Virus record (IMG/VR): IMGVR_UViG_3300028048_000069
Coordinates: 72,047-136,046 of that record
Reading direction: 5' to 3' (one strand)
Origin: a virus
Taxonomy: Duplodnaviria > Caudoviricetes
Length of the DNA stretch: 64,000 nt
Of this stretch, positions 9,546 to 20,406 are shown in pieces. Below the pieces are notes generated by a model, which saw nothing but the letters and a program-made list of their open reading frames with translations, searched no databases and was not told where the DNA came from. Each line of letters begins with the position of its first letter. The first letter of the stretch is position 1. Both the position numbers and the translations under genes were made by a program.

Positions 9546-10637
9546 ATGAATAAATTAGATGAACTGATGAAAGAGGTAAATAAAAAATTTAAGGACGAGA
9601 TTTTTGTAAAGGGTGTAAAGTGGGAAGACACTAATGATAAAATACCATTTTCAAGTCCACGCGCAAACTATATGACTTATGGTGGAATCCCATTAGGTCG
9701 TGCAGTACAATTTTTTGGGGTAAATTCTGGCGGTAAAACAACTACATCATTAGATATTGTAGCCAATGCTCAAAAGTTATTTGAAAGAATGGCGATTAAA
9801 AATGATGAGCCAGAAAAAGAAATTTTATTTATTGACGCAGAAAATACCCTAGATGAACTGTGGGCAACTAAATTAGGTGTAAATTTAGATAAATTGCGAA
9901 TATTAAGACCACAAGCACAATCAGCCGAAGATATATTCCAAATCATTTTAGATGCTGTAAATACAGGTGAATTAGGGTTGGTAGTCCTTGATAGTGTAGG
10001 TGTTCTTTTAAGTAATGCTGCTTGGGAAGCAAATATGGATGAAAGAACCTATTGTGGTATTGCTGGGCCTTTAACAACTTTTGTTGGAAAGATAACTCCA
10101 TTATTGCATAGATATCACACTACTCTTATTTATATTAACCAAATTCGTGATGTATTAAATGCTCGTATTCCTATGCAGAGCACACCAGGTGGTCGTGCCT
10201 TATCACATAGTTTATCATTAAACATTAAATTTTGGAAAGGTTCGTTTATCGATGAATTGGGTGCTGAAATGAAATCCTCTTCAGAAAACCCTGCAGGCAA
10301 TTTAGTTATGATGTCGATTGAAAAAACAAAGGTGTGTAGACCAGATAGAAGAACAGGTTTTTATACATTAAATTATAAAGATGGCATTGATAAAATAAAT
10401 GACTTAGTTGATTTGTGTATGAAAGAAGGTATTGTTGAACAATCTGGCGCGTGGTTCACTGTAAATAATTGGACAAAACTAATTGAAACAGGTGAAATTG
10501 AACCCGCAAAAGTTGACGGAAAAAATATTCTTAAATTTCAGGGCAGACCTAAATTAGTACAATATTTAAAGGACAATGAACATATCACCAATTCTATTAG
10601 TGAATGTGTATTAAAATTATTAAATAAGGAAAATTAA
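9546..10637 (+). CDS. recA: RecA/UvsX recombinase
   Basis: GGIPLGR, Walker A GVNSGGKTT, FIDAEN, VVLDSV, INQIR, TPGGRAL, QSGAWF, FQGR. Confidence 0.95.
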   Translation: MNKLDELMKEVNKKFKDEIFVKGVKWEDTNDKIPFSSPRANYMTYGGIPLGRAVQFFGVNSGGKTTTSLDIVANAQKLFERMAIKNDEPEKEILFIDAENTLDELWATKLGVNLDKLRILRPQAQSAEDIFQIILDAVNTGELGLVVLDSVGVLLSNAAWEANMDERTYCGIAGPLTTFVGKITPLLHRYHTTLIYINQIRDVLNARIPMQSTPGGRALSHSLSLNIKFWKGSFIDELGAEMKSSSENPAGNLVMMSIEKTKVCRPDRRTGFYTLNYKDGIDKINDLVDLCMKEGIVEQSGAWFTVNNWTKLIETGEIEPAKVDGKNILKFQGRPKLVQYLKDNEHITNSISECVLKLLNKEN

Positions 10638-10638
10638 T

Positions 10639-11406
10639 ATGGATAATATAACAGAAAAATTAAATGGCGCAACAAAAGAAGAGTTGGATATTCTTAACTC
10701 AAAGGTAGATACAGCCACAGAAGAAATGGGTAAAATCAATGGTAAAAAGGATATGATTAAAATTCTAAAGAAGGATTTTACTGATAACTTACTTACTGCT
10801 GTAAAAGAAGAATTTCCTAAGGCTAATTTAAAGCGCGAGGAAAAAGTACTAAAAGGGTTATTTGGTAAATTATTAAAAAGCCAAGTAGATGTGGATGCAG
10901 AAGATAAGGATGGGTTAGTAGTTGCTGGATATCTACGAAAAAAAGTAGAAGAAATGGTTATGCTAATCTATGCTTATAGATATTTAAAAGACCAATCTAT
11001 TAATAGAATGTTTGAAAGTTATGGTATTAAATTAGATTATGAACCTATTGAAACTAAATTAAAATATTTAGCAGGTACTACTTTTAAAGAATCTGTTACC
11101 ACTTATGTAAATCAAGCAGTTGAATTACAAGTAGATAGTGATAATATTAAAACTAACATTGAAGAAAATATTTATAATGAAATTCCAGCCACTTTGAAAT
11201 ATAATAAAGATGTGAACCCATCTGGAATTAAAAAAAGTATTTTTAAGAAGTTTTCATTATTAAAACTGTTAAAGAAAATTAATTTGATTAAAGCAAAACA
11301 CAGTTATGAAAAAATGGCAGTCGCCGCTGAAGTCAGTAGTCGTGCAAATACTTTAGCAGTTGCTATCGCCGATAACTTAGTTTCTGATGGGAAGGAAGCA
11401 ATTTAA
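10639..11406 (+). CDS. Hypothetical helical protein
   Basis: 255 aa ORF in operon; no motif recognised. Confidence 0.6.
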   Translation: MDNITEKLNGATKEELDILNSKVDTATEEMGKINGKKDMIKILKKDFTDNLLTAVKEEFPKANLKREEKVLKGLFGKLLKSQVDVDAEDKDGLVVAGYLRKKVEEMVMLIYAYRYLKDQSINRMFESYGIKLDYEPIETKLKYLAGTTFKESVTTYVNQAVELQVDSDNIKTNIEENIYNEIPATLKYNKDVNPSGIKKSIFKKFSLLKLLKKINLIKAKHSYEKMAVAAEVSSRANTLAVAIADNLVSDGKEAI

Positions 11407-11407
11407 T

Positions 11408-12112
11408 ATGAGAGCACAGGTATTAAGTATAGATAATCATTATGCATATAGAATAATGTACACAGCAGCAAGAACTTGTTATTCTAAAGACTCACCTATT
11501 GATATTTTTTATAATAGTGCGAGTAAGGATGTTTCCGATATGGAAAAGGTTATTTGCAAAGCATTGGATGCAGGTCATTTATCTATAGCAGAGCATTATC
11601 AATTTAATATCTTAATTGAAGGTGTAAGCAGAGCATTAACTCATCAATTAGTTAGACATAGACATTGTACTTTTAGCCAACAAAGCCAAAGATATTGTAA
11701 ATTGGATAAAGGTTTTGACTATCTTATTCCAGAAAGTATAAAACAAAATGCAGAGTTGGAAGAAGGATTTAAAATTGCAATGAATAGTTTATCTGATTTT
11801 TATGATATTTTAATTGCTGAAGGCATTAAACCAGAAGATGCTAGATTTATTTTGCCTAATGCCTGTGCCTCTAATATTGTTTTAACCTGTAATTTGCGCG
11901 AACTTATGCATATTTGTAATGAAAGATTATGCACTTGTGCACAAACAGAAATAAGAGTATTATTTGGCGAGATAACAAAACAAGTCGTTGATGGATTACC
12001 TTTAGCAAAAAAATATTTGGTTCCTAAATGCGAACTATTAGGGTACTGTAATGAAATTCCCAATAGAAGTTGCGGAAGAAAAATACTTAAAGAAAAATTA
12101 TTTACTAAATAA
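11408..12112 (+). CDS. thyX: Flavin-dependent thymidylate synthase
   Basis: AARTCY, GHLSIAEH, SRALTHQLVRHR..TFSQQSQRY, EDARFILP, AQTEIR. Start moved from 11387. Confidence 0.95.
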   Translation: MRAQVLSIDNHYAYRIMYTAARTCYSKDSPIDIFYNSASKDVSDMEKVICKALDAGHLSIAEHYQFNILIEGVSRALTHQLVRHRHCTFSQQSQRYCKLDKGFDYLIPESIKQNAELEEGFKIAMNSLSDFYDILIAEGIKPEDARFILPNACASNIVLTCNLRELMHICNERLCTCAQTEIRVLFGEITKQVVDGLPLAKKYLVPKCELLGYCNEIPNRSCGRKILKEKLFTK

Positions 12113-12129
12113 ATTAAAATTAGTATAAT
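12101..12129 (+). promoter_or_regulatory. sigma70-like promoter TTTACT-N17-TATAAT; the ATG at 12136 is probably leaderless
   Basis: Exact 17 bp spacer; ATG 6 nt after the -10 box; no Shine-Dalgarno. Confidence 0.6.
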
Positions 12130-12135
12130 ATAAGT

Positions 12136-12333
12136 ATGATTACATTTTTAATAGTATATAAACACAATGCCTCTATATCTGAATACAAAAATATGAAATT
12201 TGTATCGGATGGCGCGCCTAGTTTATCAGAAATTCAACTAAAAATCATTGACCTTCATAAATGGAAAGTCAATGATTTTGCTATTATTAACATATTACCT
12301 ATTAAAACAGAACTATTCGAACATGGAAAATAA
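12136..12333 (+). CDS. Hypothetical protein
   Basis: 65 aa ORF directly after the promoter. Confidence 0.5.
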   Translation: MITFLIVYKHNASISEYKNMKFVSDGAPSLSEIQLKIIDLHKWKVNDFAIINILPIKTELFEHGK

Positions 12334-12336
12334 TTA

Positions 12337-12365
12337 TTTACAAAATTGAAAAAATTTAGTATGAT
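12337..12365 (+). promoter_or_regulatory. sigma70-like promoter TTTACA-N17-TATGAT
   Basis: 17 bp spacer; similar ATTTAC...TAGTATRATATAAGT context to other early promoters. Confidence 0.6.
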
Positions 12366-12405
12366 ATAAGTGTAAGAACAAAAACTAAAAAAACAGGAGT
12401 GTAAA

Positions 12406-13017
12406 ATGTTAGTAAAAAATGTAAAAGTATGTACCCACTGTAAAAAACAATTGCCAGTAACGGAGTTCTATGTCGATAGACATTCAAAGGATGGACTTCA
12501 AAATTGGTGTAAATCTTGTAAAAATGAATCAAACCGAAAAAATCAACTCAAGATTAAAAATCAAAAAAGAAACACAGAACTAAAACGATTATCACATTAT
12601 CACTTAAAGCATGGTCTTGAGTATGAATTAAGGGGCGATAAATTACACAAAGGTTTAAGAAAATATGTTGTTTATAAATGTTTAGATTGCGGTAAAGAAG
12701 TTGAATCTAAAGTAACGACCGCTTGGGAACATAAATTTAAATGTGATGATTGTTTAGAAAAAAGTCTTGCTAATAAACCACAAAAACGAGCCTACAGAAA
12801 AAAGAATGTAATTAAAACAAGGCAAGAGCCTTATGAAATTCCGCATTTCAATGTGGATAAATTAAATGATGTAGAACAAAAACAAATTCGTAGAAGATAT
12901 TATAGGGAAAATGACCCTATTATTAAAGTAATTGTAGTTCCTGTTCCACAACCTCAAACAGAAAATAGATTTACCAAATGGCTTAAAGGGTTATTTGGTA
13001 AAAAAGACTTACAGTAG
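12406..13017 (+). CDS. Zn-finger protein (HNH-associated N-terminal Zn module)
   Basis: KVCTHCK...EFY...DGLQNWCKSC plus CLDC/CDDC; AGGAG SD. Confidence 0.55.
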   Translation: MLVKNVKVCTHCKKQLPVTEFYVDRHSKDGLQNWCKSCKNESNRKNQLKIKNQKRNTELKRLSHYHLKHGLEYELRGDKLHKGLRKYVVYKCLDCGKEVESKVTTAWEHKFKCDDCLEKSLANKPQKRAYRKKNVIKTRQEPYEIPHFNVDKLNDVEQKQIRRRYYRENDPIIKVIVVPVPQPQTENRFTKWLKGLFGKKDLQ

Positions 13018-13046
13018 TATCAAGTACCTAAGAAAATAACACTAGT

Positions 13047-13085
13047 TTGCCAGTTCTAGTACCTCAATAAAAACTGGCAATTTTA
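13047..13085 (+). terminator. Hairpin / probable terminator
   Basis: TTGCCAGTT (13047-55) pairs with AACTGGCAA (13072-80), followed by TTTT. Confidence 0.45.
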
Positions 13086-13104
13086 TAAAAGGGTGGGGAT
13101 TTAT

Positions 13105-13602
13105 ATGAGTACAGGAGAAAAGTTGTTTGTAGGTATAATTACAGCATTTATTTTAGGTTTTAGCACTGCTATTTATGTATGGTCACATTGGATAGATGAC
13201 ACACCGAAAGAAGTGATGGTAGAAGTTCCACAATCACTAGTAATAGAAATTCCGCAGAAGTACAATCTAACTGGTACAGAATATACCAAAAGGGTGTTAA
13301 ACGACATCACTATAACATCCTACAATAATCATGCAAATCAAACAGATGATAGTCCGAACATTACTGCTACGAGCCGACCTGTAAGAGAAAATATGGTGGC
13401 AGCATCACCTGATTTATTAACTAAAGGGATAATCAGATATGGGGATTTAGTTTATATTGATTGTATGAAACAGTGGTATGTGGTTGAAGATACAATGAAT
13501 AAACGCTTTGAACGAAGGATAGATATATTTTTATTTAGTAAAGATGAAAGTTTAAAAATAAATAAGAAATGCAATATCGAAGTTTTGCACATTAATAAAT
13601 AG
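13105..13602 (+). CDS. Membrane-anchored 3D-domain protein (putative lytic transglycosylase)
   Basis: N-terminal TM helix; ITSYN..QTDDSP.ITA, VAAS, YGD.V.I, VVEDT, RIDIF (the three Asp of the 3D domain). Confidence 0.75.
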   Translation: MSTGEKLFVGIITAFILGFSTAIYVWSHWIDDTPKEVMVEVPQSLVIEIPQKYNLTGTEYTKRVLNDITITSYNNHANQTDDSPNITATSRPVRENMVAASPDLLTKGIIRYGDLVYIDCMKQWYVVEDTMNKRFERRIDIFLFSKDESLKINKKCNIEVLHINK

Positions 13603-13603
13603 T

Positions 13604-13822
13604 ATGAATGATAATGAATTGGAAATTTTAGTAAGATCTTGCATAAGAAAGCATCGGTATCCCACTGCTCAAACTGCTCAAGAGGCAATAAATAGAGTGC
13701 ATAAGAAAAGGGATACACCATTGCGCTATTATTACTGTAAGAGATGTTGTGGTTATCATTTAACAAAGAGAGTTGGGGAGAATATTGTGGATGGAAGAAA
13801 AAAGGTATATAAACCAATTTGA
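13604..13822 (+). CDS. Small Zn-binding hypothetical protein
   Basis: C.RKHRY...A...RYYYCKRCCGYHLT, a common phage family pattern. Confidence 0.55.
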   Translation: MNDNELEILVRSCIRKHRYPTAQTAQEAINRVHKKRDTPLRYYYCKRCCGYHLTKRVGENIVDGRKKVYKPI

Positions 13823-14351
13823 TACAACCGAAAAGTGTAGTGAGTTTGGTAAACTAGCAGAAGATTTATTTCAAAAATTTCTAATAAATAATCGTATATT
13901 TTTTAGAAAAGCAACGCAAGAAGAACAGTTTAATCACATAGATTTTATTTATCTACACGATAAGACCTTAAATCCTTGTTCAGTTGAAATAAAGTATTCT
14001 AAAAAGATAAACAGAACAGATATTGATGTTTCCCCAGATTATATGTGGGTTGAGTTCAAAAATGTCTGCGGTGGGAAAGGTTGGCTATTTGGTAATAGTG
14101 ATTATACAGCCTTTTATGACAAGTTTAAGAACAAATTTATTATGGTAGAAACTGCTAGATTAAGGGAAAGATGCATAGAGTTATGTAATCAAGGAACTAC
14201 TGATAATAAAAGTGATGCTTTATATAAGCATTATACAAGGGAAGGCAGACAAGATGATATTTCTTTGGTAAAAATAAAAGATTTAGAGGATATAGCAAGG
14301 GCAATTTTTGACCCTAACAAGGAGTTAGATTATGCTGATGTTAAATATTGA
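13791..14351 (+). CDS. PD-(D/E)XK-fold hypothetical nuclease
   Basis: G..AE..F, HIDF, VEIK, WVEF.NV.G.KGWL. Confidence 0.5.
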   Translation: MEEKRYINQFDTTEKCSEFGKLAEDLFQKFLINNRIFFRKATQEEQFNHIDFIYLHDKTLNPCSVEIKYSKKINRTDIDVSPDYMWVEFKNVCGGKGWLFGNSDYTAFYDKFKNKFIMVETARLRERCIELCNQGTTDNKSDALYKHYTREGRQDDISLVKIKDLEDIARAIFDPNKELDYADVKY

Positions 14352-14850
14352 AAGATTAACTGCTGTAACATTGCCTAAAAAGGCACATAAGACAGATGCT
14401 GGAATTGATTTTTATATTCCTAATGATTTAAATTATGTTCTAAAAAATGGTAAAAATATTAAGATAGGGTTATATACTCGTAATATGGATCCCACTAATG
14501 ATAAAATCACTTCGGCTGCCATTGAGATTAAACCGAATGAATCTTGTTTAATTCCTATGGGTATTAAAACATCCTTTAATAAAGATTATGCATTGGTATT
14601 CTTTAATAGGTCTGGTATCGCCACGAAAAAGCATTTATTAAGAGGTGCTTGCATAGTAGATAGTGAATATAGGGGAGAGATTTTTGTTAATTTAAATAAT
14701 GTATCAAACGAAACTCAATATCTACTTCCTGGTGAAAAATTGATACAAGCAATGTTACTTCCTGTTCCAGAAGTAGATATTCAAGAAGGAAAAGTAGATA
14801 TTGATACAGAAAGGGGAGAAGGTGGATTTGGTTCTACCGATAAAAAATAG
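14332..14850 (+). CDS. dut: Trimeric dUTPase
   Basis: DAGIDF, NRSG, IVDSEYRGE, Q, RGEGGFGST. Confidence 0.95.
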   Translation: MLMLNIERLTAVTLPKKAHKTDAGIDFYIPNDLNYVLKNGKNIKIGLYTRNMDPTNDKITSAAIEIKPNESCLIPMGIKTSFNKDYALVFFNRSGIATKKHLLRGACIVDSEYRGEIFVNLNNVSNETQYLLPGEKLIQAMLLPVPEVDIQEGKVDIDTERGEGGFGSTDKK

Positions 14851-14858
14851 GGTGAAAT

Positions 14859-15344
14859 ATGACATTAGATGAAGCAAAAAAGTTAAAAGTCGGCCAGGAG
14901 ATATGGTATAGTTCATTTGGGGATTTACCAGAAAAAGTAGTTATTTCTAAAATAATAACAGATGGGTATGGTAAATTAGAAATACATTTGGTAGATAATT
15001 GTTATATACCAGAAAGAGATTTAGATTATGTATTTTTAACATTTGATGAATGCGCTGATGCTTGTCAAAAATATTTTGAAAAGAAATTACAGAAATTAAG
15101 AGAATTAATTTTAATGGAAAAGTAATTAGTATAATATAAAATAAGGGTGGGTTAAAAGATGAAATTATTACTAGTATTCTATATTGGATTTACAATGGGT
15201 ATGTGTATAATGGATTATTTAGATGTAAAAAATACAATAGATGTTCATCTATACAAGAGGTCAATATTTAATGTAATATTAGCCACATTATTTTCACCTA
15301 TTACCTTCCCTATATATTTATTATTAAATATAAAGGGGCGATAG
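14859..15344 (+). other. Two small hypothetical ORFs (14859-15125; 15159-15344, membrane)
   Basis: ORF track; SD-like sequences upstream. Confidence 0.5.
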
Positions 15345-15495
15345 TAATGATAACTAAATATATGTGTAAGAATTTTCAAAAAGATAATATTATTTGTGAG
15401 TTATGTGTTGCAAATAAAACTTATATTGATATTCAAAATGTTGAATGTCAAAGTTGTTTCGAACCAGAAATCAATAATTTAAAATAAGACATTAT

Positions 15496-15987
15496 ATGGA
15501 ATATAGAAATTTATATGTATTTGATTTAGATGGCACATTGTGTGATATTACACATCGTCTAAAGTATATTAGAAATAGTAATGGTACTAGATTAACACAT
15601 CCTAATTGGGAAAAGTTTTTTAAAGAATGTGTAAATGATGAACCATTATCTGGAACCATTGAAATATTGAAATCATTACAAAGATGCGGAAAGCAAATAT
15701 GTATATGTTCTGGACGTTCTGATGAAGTTAAAGCAGAAACAATTCATTGGCTTCAACTTCAAGGCATAGATATAATTCGTTTAATTTTAGTAATGAGAAA
15801 AGATGGAGATTATAGATCTGATATTACTGTAAAAGATGAATTATTAACTGGAGTATTAAGCATTTTAAATAACGAATTTGAAGGAGTTACTTGGAATCCT
15901 ATTATTTTTGAAGATAGAAAACAAGTAGTTGATATGTGGAGAAGTAAAGGATTTACTTGTTATCAAGTAGCACCTGGAGAATTTTAA
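15496..15987 (+). CDS. HAD-family phosphatase, like the T4 PNK 3'-phosphatase domain
   Basis: FDLDGTL, SGR, MR..GD.R.D..VK, FEDR.QVVDMWR..G..C.QV. Confidence 0.85.
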   Translation: MEYRNLYVFDLDGTLCDITHRLKYIRNSNGTRLTHPNWEKFFKECVNDEPLSGTIEILKSLQRCGKQICICSGRSDEVKAETIHWLQLQGIDIIRLILVMRKDGDYRSDITVKDELLTGVLSILNNEFEGVTWNPIIFEDRKQVVDMWRSKGFTCYQVAPGEF

Positions 15988-16001
15988 AAAGGAGAATAAT
16001 T

Positions 16002-17336
16002 ATGTGGCCGTTTAAAAAGAAAGAACAACTTAAATATAAATTAACTAGAGATTCAAAAGGACATTATCATCTTAATTATAAGGATGTATATACAAATGAA
16101 TATGAAACATTAATTGCTGAATCCACTGATGAATGTTTAATAAGATGTTTATTTGTTTCTTTGTCTCAACAAGTTGATTTAGCAGAAGAAATTAAAAAGC
16201 ATATTGATGATTCTATGCCAAAAGGATATGTTGATAGAATTACAATTGGAAATCATACTTTTATTAGCGATAATATTGTGAGTAGTACTATTCCAACAAC
16301 AGAAGATATTAAAAATATAATTGAAGACCCTAATATTTTTTATGCAGTACAAGGAAATTATCCTAATATTGTAATTAGTAAATATGAAAAAGTAGCAGAA
16401 GATTCCTTTAATTATTGTTTAAGACAAGAAGAAGGTAATTTATCTTTATTGCCTAAAACTATTTGTTTTAATTCAAAGGCGGATGCTATAATTTATCAAA
16501 ACAATTTAATACAAAAATCATTAGAAGAACAATCAAAAGGTAAAAAGAAAAATTAAGGTATAGTATGAAAGTTAAAAAATATAAAACAGAACAAGAAAAA
16601 CGACAAGCATATAATGAATATGCCAAAAACTATTATTACTTACATAAGAATGACCCAGAGTTTAAGGCGAAAAGAAAAAGTTATTATAAAGGCTATTATG
16701 ATAGTTTATCAGATGTAAAGAAAGAAGCCTATAGAACCTATAATTCTGAATATTCTTTTTATGTAAGAAGTGTTATTACAGGTAAATTAGAAAAGAAAAT
16801 AGTAAAGAATAAAGAAAAAGTAAAAGAATTAGAAAATAAAATACACGAAATGCAAGGAAAACTCAACTATATGAGAAATAAATTTGAACATCTCGGAAAG
16901 AAAAAATGAACATATATAATATCAATGACTTTTTAGACGAAGAGTTTTATAATAAAATAGTATCTAAATGTAGTTTTCAATTTCAAAGATGGTGGAAAAA
17001 ATGATTGATAAGAAATTCTTTAAAAAAGTAATGAATGCAATAATAGAGATCGATACAAAATTAGATAAGTTAAACTCTGTTAATGCAGAAGCAGTATCCT
17101 TTGTTATAGATTACTCATTACAAGATGAACTAATAGATACTCTCGGAGCCGCTATGAATTTAGATAATAACGAGTACTATGGGAATACTATTAGTTGGTG
17201 GGTATATGAAACTAACTTCGGCAAAAAGAATAATGTAGTAGTTTTTAATAATAAAACTATGAAAGTAGATACTATTGATAAACTATATGATTTATGTGTA
17301 AAAGAAGGTCAGCAAAATATATCCATATCGGAGTAA
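16002..17336 (+). other. Three hypothetical ORFs (16002-16556, 16565-16909, 16989-17336)
   Basis: ORF track; first start moved to the ATG at 16002 after GGAG. Confidence 0.55.
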
Positions 17337-17338
17337 AA

Positions 17339-17977
17339 ATGAAGATAGCAGCATTTAGTGATTGTCATTGGTTATATAAAGATATAAAAGATTTCCCAGA
17401 AGCAGATTTATGTATATTTGCAGGTGATTGGTGCGGTAGTGGATATTATATCAATGAAACAACAGATTTTTTAAGTTGGTTTAAGGATTTACCTTATAAG
17501 CATAAAGTGGCTGTTCCAGGTAATCACGACCGATTATGTGAATTAAACGAAAAGATGGTGAAAGACCTTTTCCTGCAGGCTGGCTCTCATCTATTAATTG
17601 ATGAGCAAGTTGTAATAGAAGGGATTTCAATATATGGCTCACCTTGGAGTCCCTTCTTTAATAATTGGGCTTATATGCTAAATGAAGAACAGTTAAAATG
17701 GAAATTTAAGCACATACCCAAGGATGTAGATGTATTAGTAACACATACACCGCCGAAAGGTATTTTAGACCCAGATGAATATGGTAGTGAGTCATTAAGA
17801 AAAATATTAAATGATGTAAATCCTAAAATACATATATTCGGTCATAATCATGGTGGGTATGGTTATAAAGAAACTATTAACACAAAGTTCTATAATGTAA
17901 GTGTATGTAGTGATGCTGATACAGAACATCATAATACATATGAATTGGTAAATCCAATTTCCTTAATTAATATATAA
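17339..17977 (+). CDS. Metallophosphoesterase
   Basis: SDCH, AGD, GNHD, THTPP, FGHNH. Confidence 0.88.
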   Translation: MKIAAFSDCHWLYKDIKDFPEADLCIFAGDWCGSGYYINETTDFLSWFKDLPYKHKVAVPGNHDRLCELNEKMVKDLFLQAGSHLLIDEQVVIEGISIYGSPWSPFFNNWAYMLNEEQLKWKFKHIPKDVDVLVTHTPPKGILDPDEYGSESLRKILNDVNPKIHIFGHNHGGYGYKETINTKFYNVSVCSDADTEHHNTYELVNPISLINI

Positions 17978-18000
17978 TTAAGGGTATTGAGTTAAAATAT

Positions 18001-18036
18001 TGCCCCCAGTTTAATTAAATTCTGGGGGTAATTTTA
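18001..18036 (+). terminator. Intrinsic terminator-like hairpin
   Basis: TGCCCCCAG ... CTGGGGGTA followed by ATTTT. Confidence 0.55.
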
Positions 18037-18049
18037 TAGAGGCAGTAAT

Positions 18050-18616
18050 ATGAAGAAATGTAAACAGTGTGGATGCGAATTTGAACCTTTAACTCATAAT
18101 CAGCAATTTTGTAAAAAAGAGTGCGGAAGGGAATATAATTTAAAAATTCGTAGGGATAGATATAAACAGCCATTAAAGCGCATAGAGTATTGTGTATATT
18201 GTGGTAAGCCATTAAATCCTTATGGATCTCAAAAATACTGTAATGCCGAATGTAGAAGATTGCATAGAAATCAAAAGAGAAACAAAAGCGGTAGGATATG
18301 TAATAGGGTTGTAGTTCCAGAAACACTAAAGAAGTGTGAATATTGCGGAAAGGATATCCCCTTTAATAAGAATTATGCTAGTACCTATAGCCGAAAAAAG
18401 TACTGTTCTAGAGAATGCTGCTCAAATAGTTTTAAGGAACATAGAGAAAGATTTAGTGGAAATCAATTAGTTATTGATGGTTTTAAAATTATAATCAAGC
18501 ATATAGGAAATAATTTTATGTGGGATGCCTATAAAGGTAATAAATTGGTTTTGAAAGGAAGTAATCCATTTGGTACTTTTATAGAATGTAAAAAGGATGC
18601 TCTGTCGGCATTTTAA
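18050..18616 (+). CDS. Protein with three CxxC...[FY]CxxxC Zn-finger repeats
   Basis: CKQC..FCKKEC; CVYC..YCNAEC; CEYC..YCSREC. Confidence 0.65.
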   Translation: MKKCKQCGCEFEPLTHNQQFCKKECGREYNLKIRRDRYKQPLKRIEYCVYCGKPLNPYGSQKYCNAECRRLHRNQKRNKSGRICNRVVVPETLKKCEYCGKDIPFNKNYASTYSRKKYCSRECCSNSFKEHRERFSGNQLVIDGFKIIIKHIGNNFMWDAYKGNKLVLKGSNPFGTFIECKKDALSAF

Positions 18617-18623
18617 AATATTG

Positions 18624-18652
18624 TTGACTTTTTTAAAAAGATTTATTATAAT
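18624..18652 (+). promoter_or_regulatory. Near-consensus sigma70 promoter TTGACT-N17-TATAAT
   Basis: TTGACT 18624-29, TATAAT 18647-52; AAGGAGGT SD before the ATG at 18681. Confidence 0.85.
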
Positions 18653-18680
18653 ATAAGTATAAAGTAAAGGAGGTAGTAAA

Positions 18681-20124
18681 ATGAAAAAATTAAATGTGTC
18701 GGAATTTAAGAAATTAAGTGAAAAACTTATTAATGATAGAGAAAAATTATATAAGGTATGGGAAAAAGAACTTACCAAAGAATTGACCCCCTATGTTAAA
18801 TCAATTTCAGAACGGGAATGTCACAACTGTTTGGGTGAGTTTTATTTCGTATACACATTAGTAACAAAGAAAACTGGTATGATGCTAGACTTTTCTGTTG
18901 AAGATGATAATAATGGCGCGGAAAAGGATTGGATGGTGCATATACATGTTTATGATTTACCAAAAGGATTTGAAGATAAATATAAGATGGTAGATGATTG
19001 TTGTATCTTCAAAAACAAAGATGTATATAAGGCCATAGAATTTCTTAAAAAACTAACCAAGGAGTTTTAATATGAGAGTATGTCCTAAATGCCATAAAAA
19101 GTATAATGGATACCCAGCAATTAGTAGGCGCGACAATAAAACTGAAATATGTTCTATGTGTGGCCAGTTAGAGGCATTAGAAGATTTTTGGAAATGGAGA
19201 GTTAAATGAAGAAAGTGTATTTAATTTTAGCATTATTATTTGTAGCCATATTAGGTTATTCATTTGCCAATGTAATGAAGATAAATCCTACCGATATTAC
19301 TTCTCGTAAAGATTATGTGGGTAGTGGTATTACCAGATACGACCTTGGTGATGTAGAATGCTTTAAGGTTGATGTTGGTAATGGTGGAGTGGCATTATCT
19401 TGTTTGAGGAAATGAATATGAGCGAAAAAGAAGTTACTAAAAAGTATAGATGGTACAAAGAGTTTTCCCTTCCACTAAACGACCATTTGTATAGAATTAA
19501 TCTATTGCACGATATGGCAGAATTTGAAGTAAGGTTTGGTGATAAGGTAGTTGGTATTACAAGTGAACAAGAACATAATCATTTTGTAGTAATATATTAT
19601 ATAGAGGAGAAATAACAATGAAAAATACATCAAAAAAAGAATCAAATAAGGAACAAGAACTAATAAATGAATTGGTTGAAACAGTAGAAAAATATCCTAT
19701 ATGTAATACTATTGTATTTAATACATATAAGGAAGATAAAAAACTCACAGCGGCCATTAAAGAGTTATTATCATCTAAAATGAACAAGGATTACAAAATT
19801 ATAGTGGATGAACCAAACGAAGATCATCCAGAAGGAACTTGTCATTTGGCTTTTATACCTGAAAACCCGATGACATTAAAAGAATTGTTCAATAATCTAC
19901 ATAAGTAAGGAGTTAATATGTTCGATAGCGATAAGTTTGAATATACTGAATATTGGCGCGATAAACATAATTATGAACAACTCTTTGTAAAGGTTCAAAG
20001 GAACTGGAATAAAGGTGTTATTTATCGTAAGCAAGTAAAAGAACTGCAAAGGTTACAACATAAGTTGGTATATCATCATTATCCGACCTATCTAACATTA
20101 CAAACAATAGGTGAATACAGATGA
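18681..20124 (+). other. Run of small early hypothetical ORFs (18681-19070, 19072-19209 CxxC, 19206-19415 secreted, about 19412-19615, 19618-19908, 19918-20124)
   Basis: Tightly packed + strand ORFs with SDs; 19072 is hand-translated (CPKC...PAISRRDNKTEICSMC). Confidence 0.55.
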
Positions 20125-20229
20125 ACATATTACAAACAATCTATTTAATTTTAATGGGTCTAGGAATATGGTATCTTATTCACCTATTAATAGAGTTCTA
20201 TCAGATGTACACTTTATAGGGAGAGAATT

Positions 20230-20391
20230 ATGGCAGTTAAAATAGAAGATATGGATATGCCGAAAACTTGTGCTGCTTGCGATTTGTCGTATGTAGATGC
20301 TGATACGAGCGAATTGATATGTTCTTATAATGATTGCCCTGCCTCATATACAGACAGATTAAAATGTTGTCCATTACAGCCTATAGAGTAA
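20230..20391 (+). CDS. Small Cys-rich protein, MPKxCxxC...CPL family (copy 1)
   Basis: Hand-translated MAVKIEDMDMPKTCAACDL...LIC...RLKCCPLQPIE; not in ORF track. Confidence 0.65.
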   Translation: MAVKIEDMDMPKTCAACDLSYVDADTSELICSYNDCPASYTDRLKCCPLQPIE

Positions 20392-20406
20392 ATAAAAGGA
20401 GATTAT

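Noticed and set aside
13040-13085. GTTCTAG...ATAAAAACT resembling a preQ1-I riboswitch
   Set aside because: The required P1 stem cannot form (no partner for CCTC) and no queuosine gene follows; a simple hairpin explains it.
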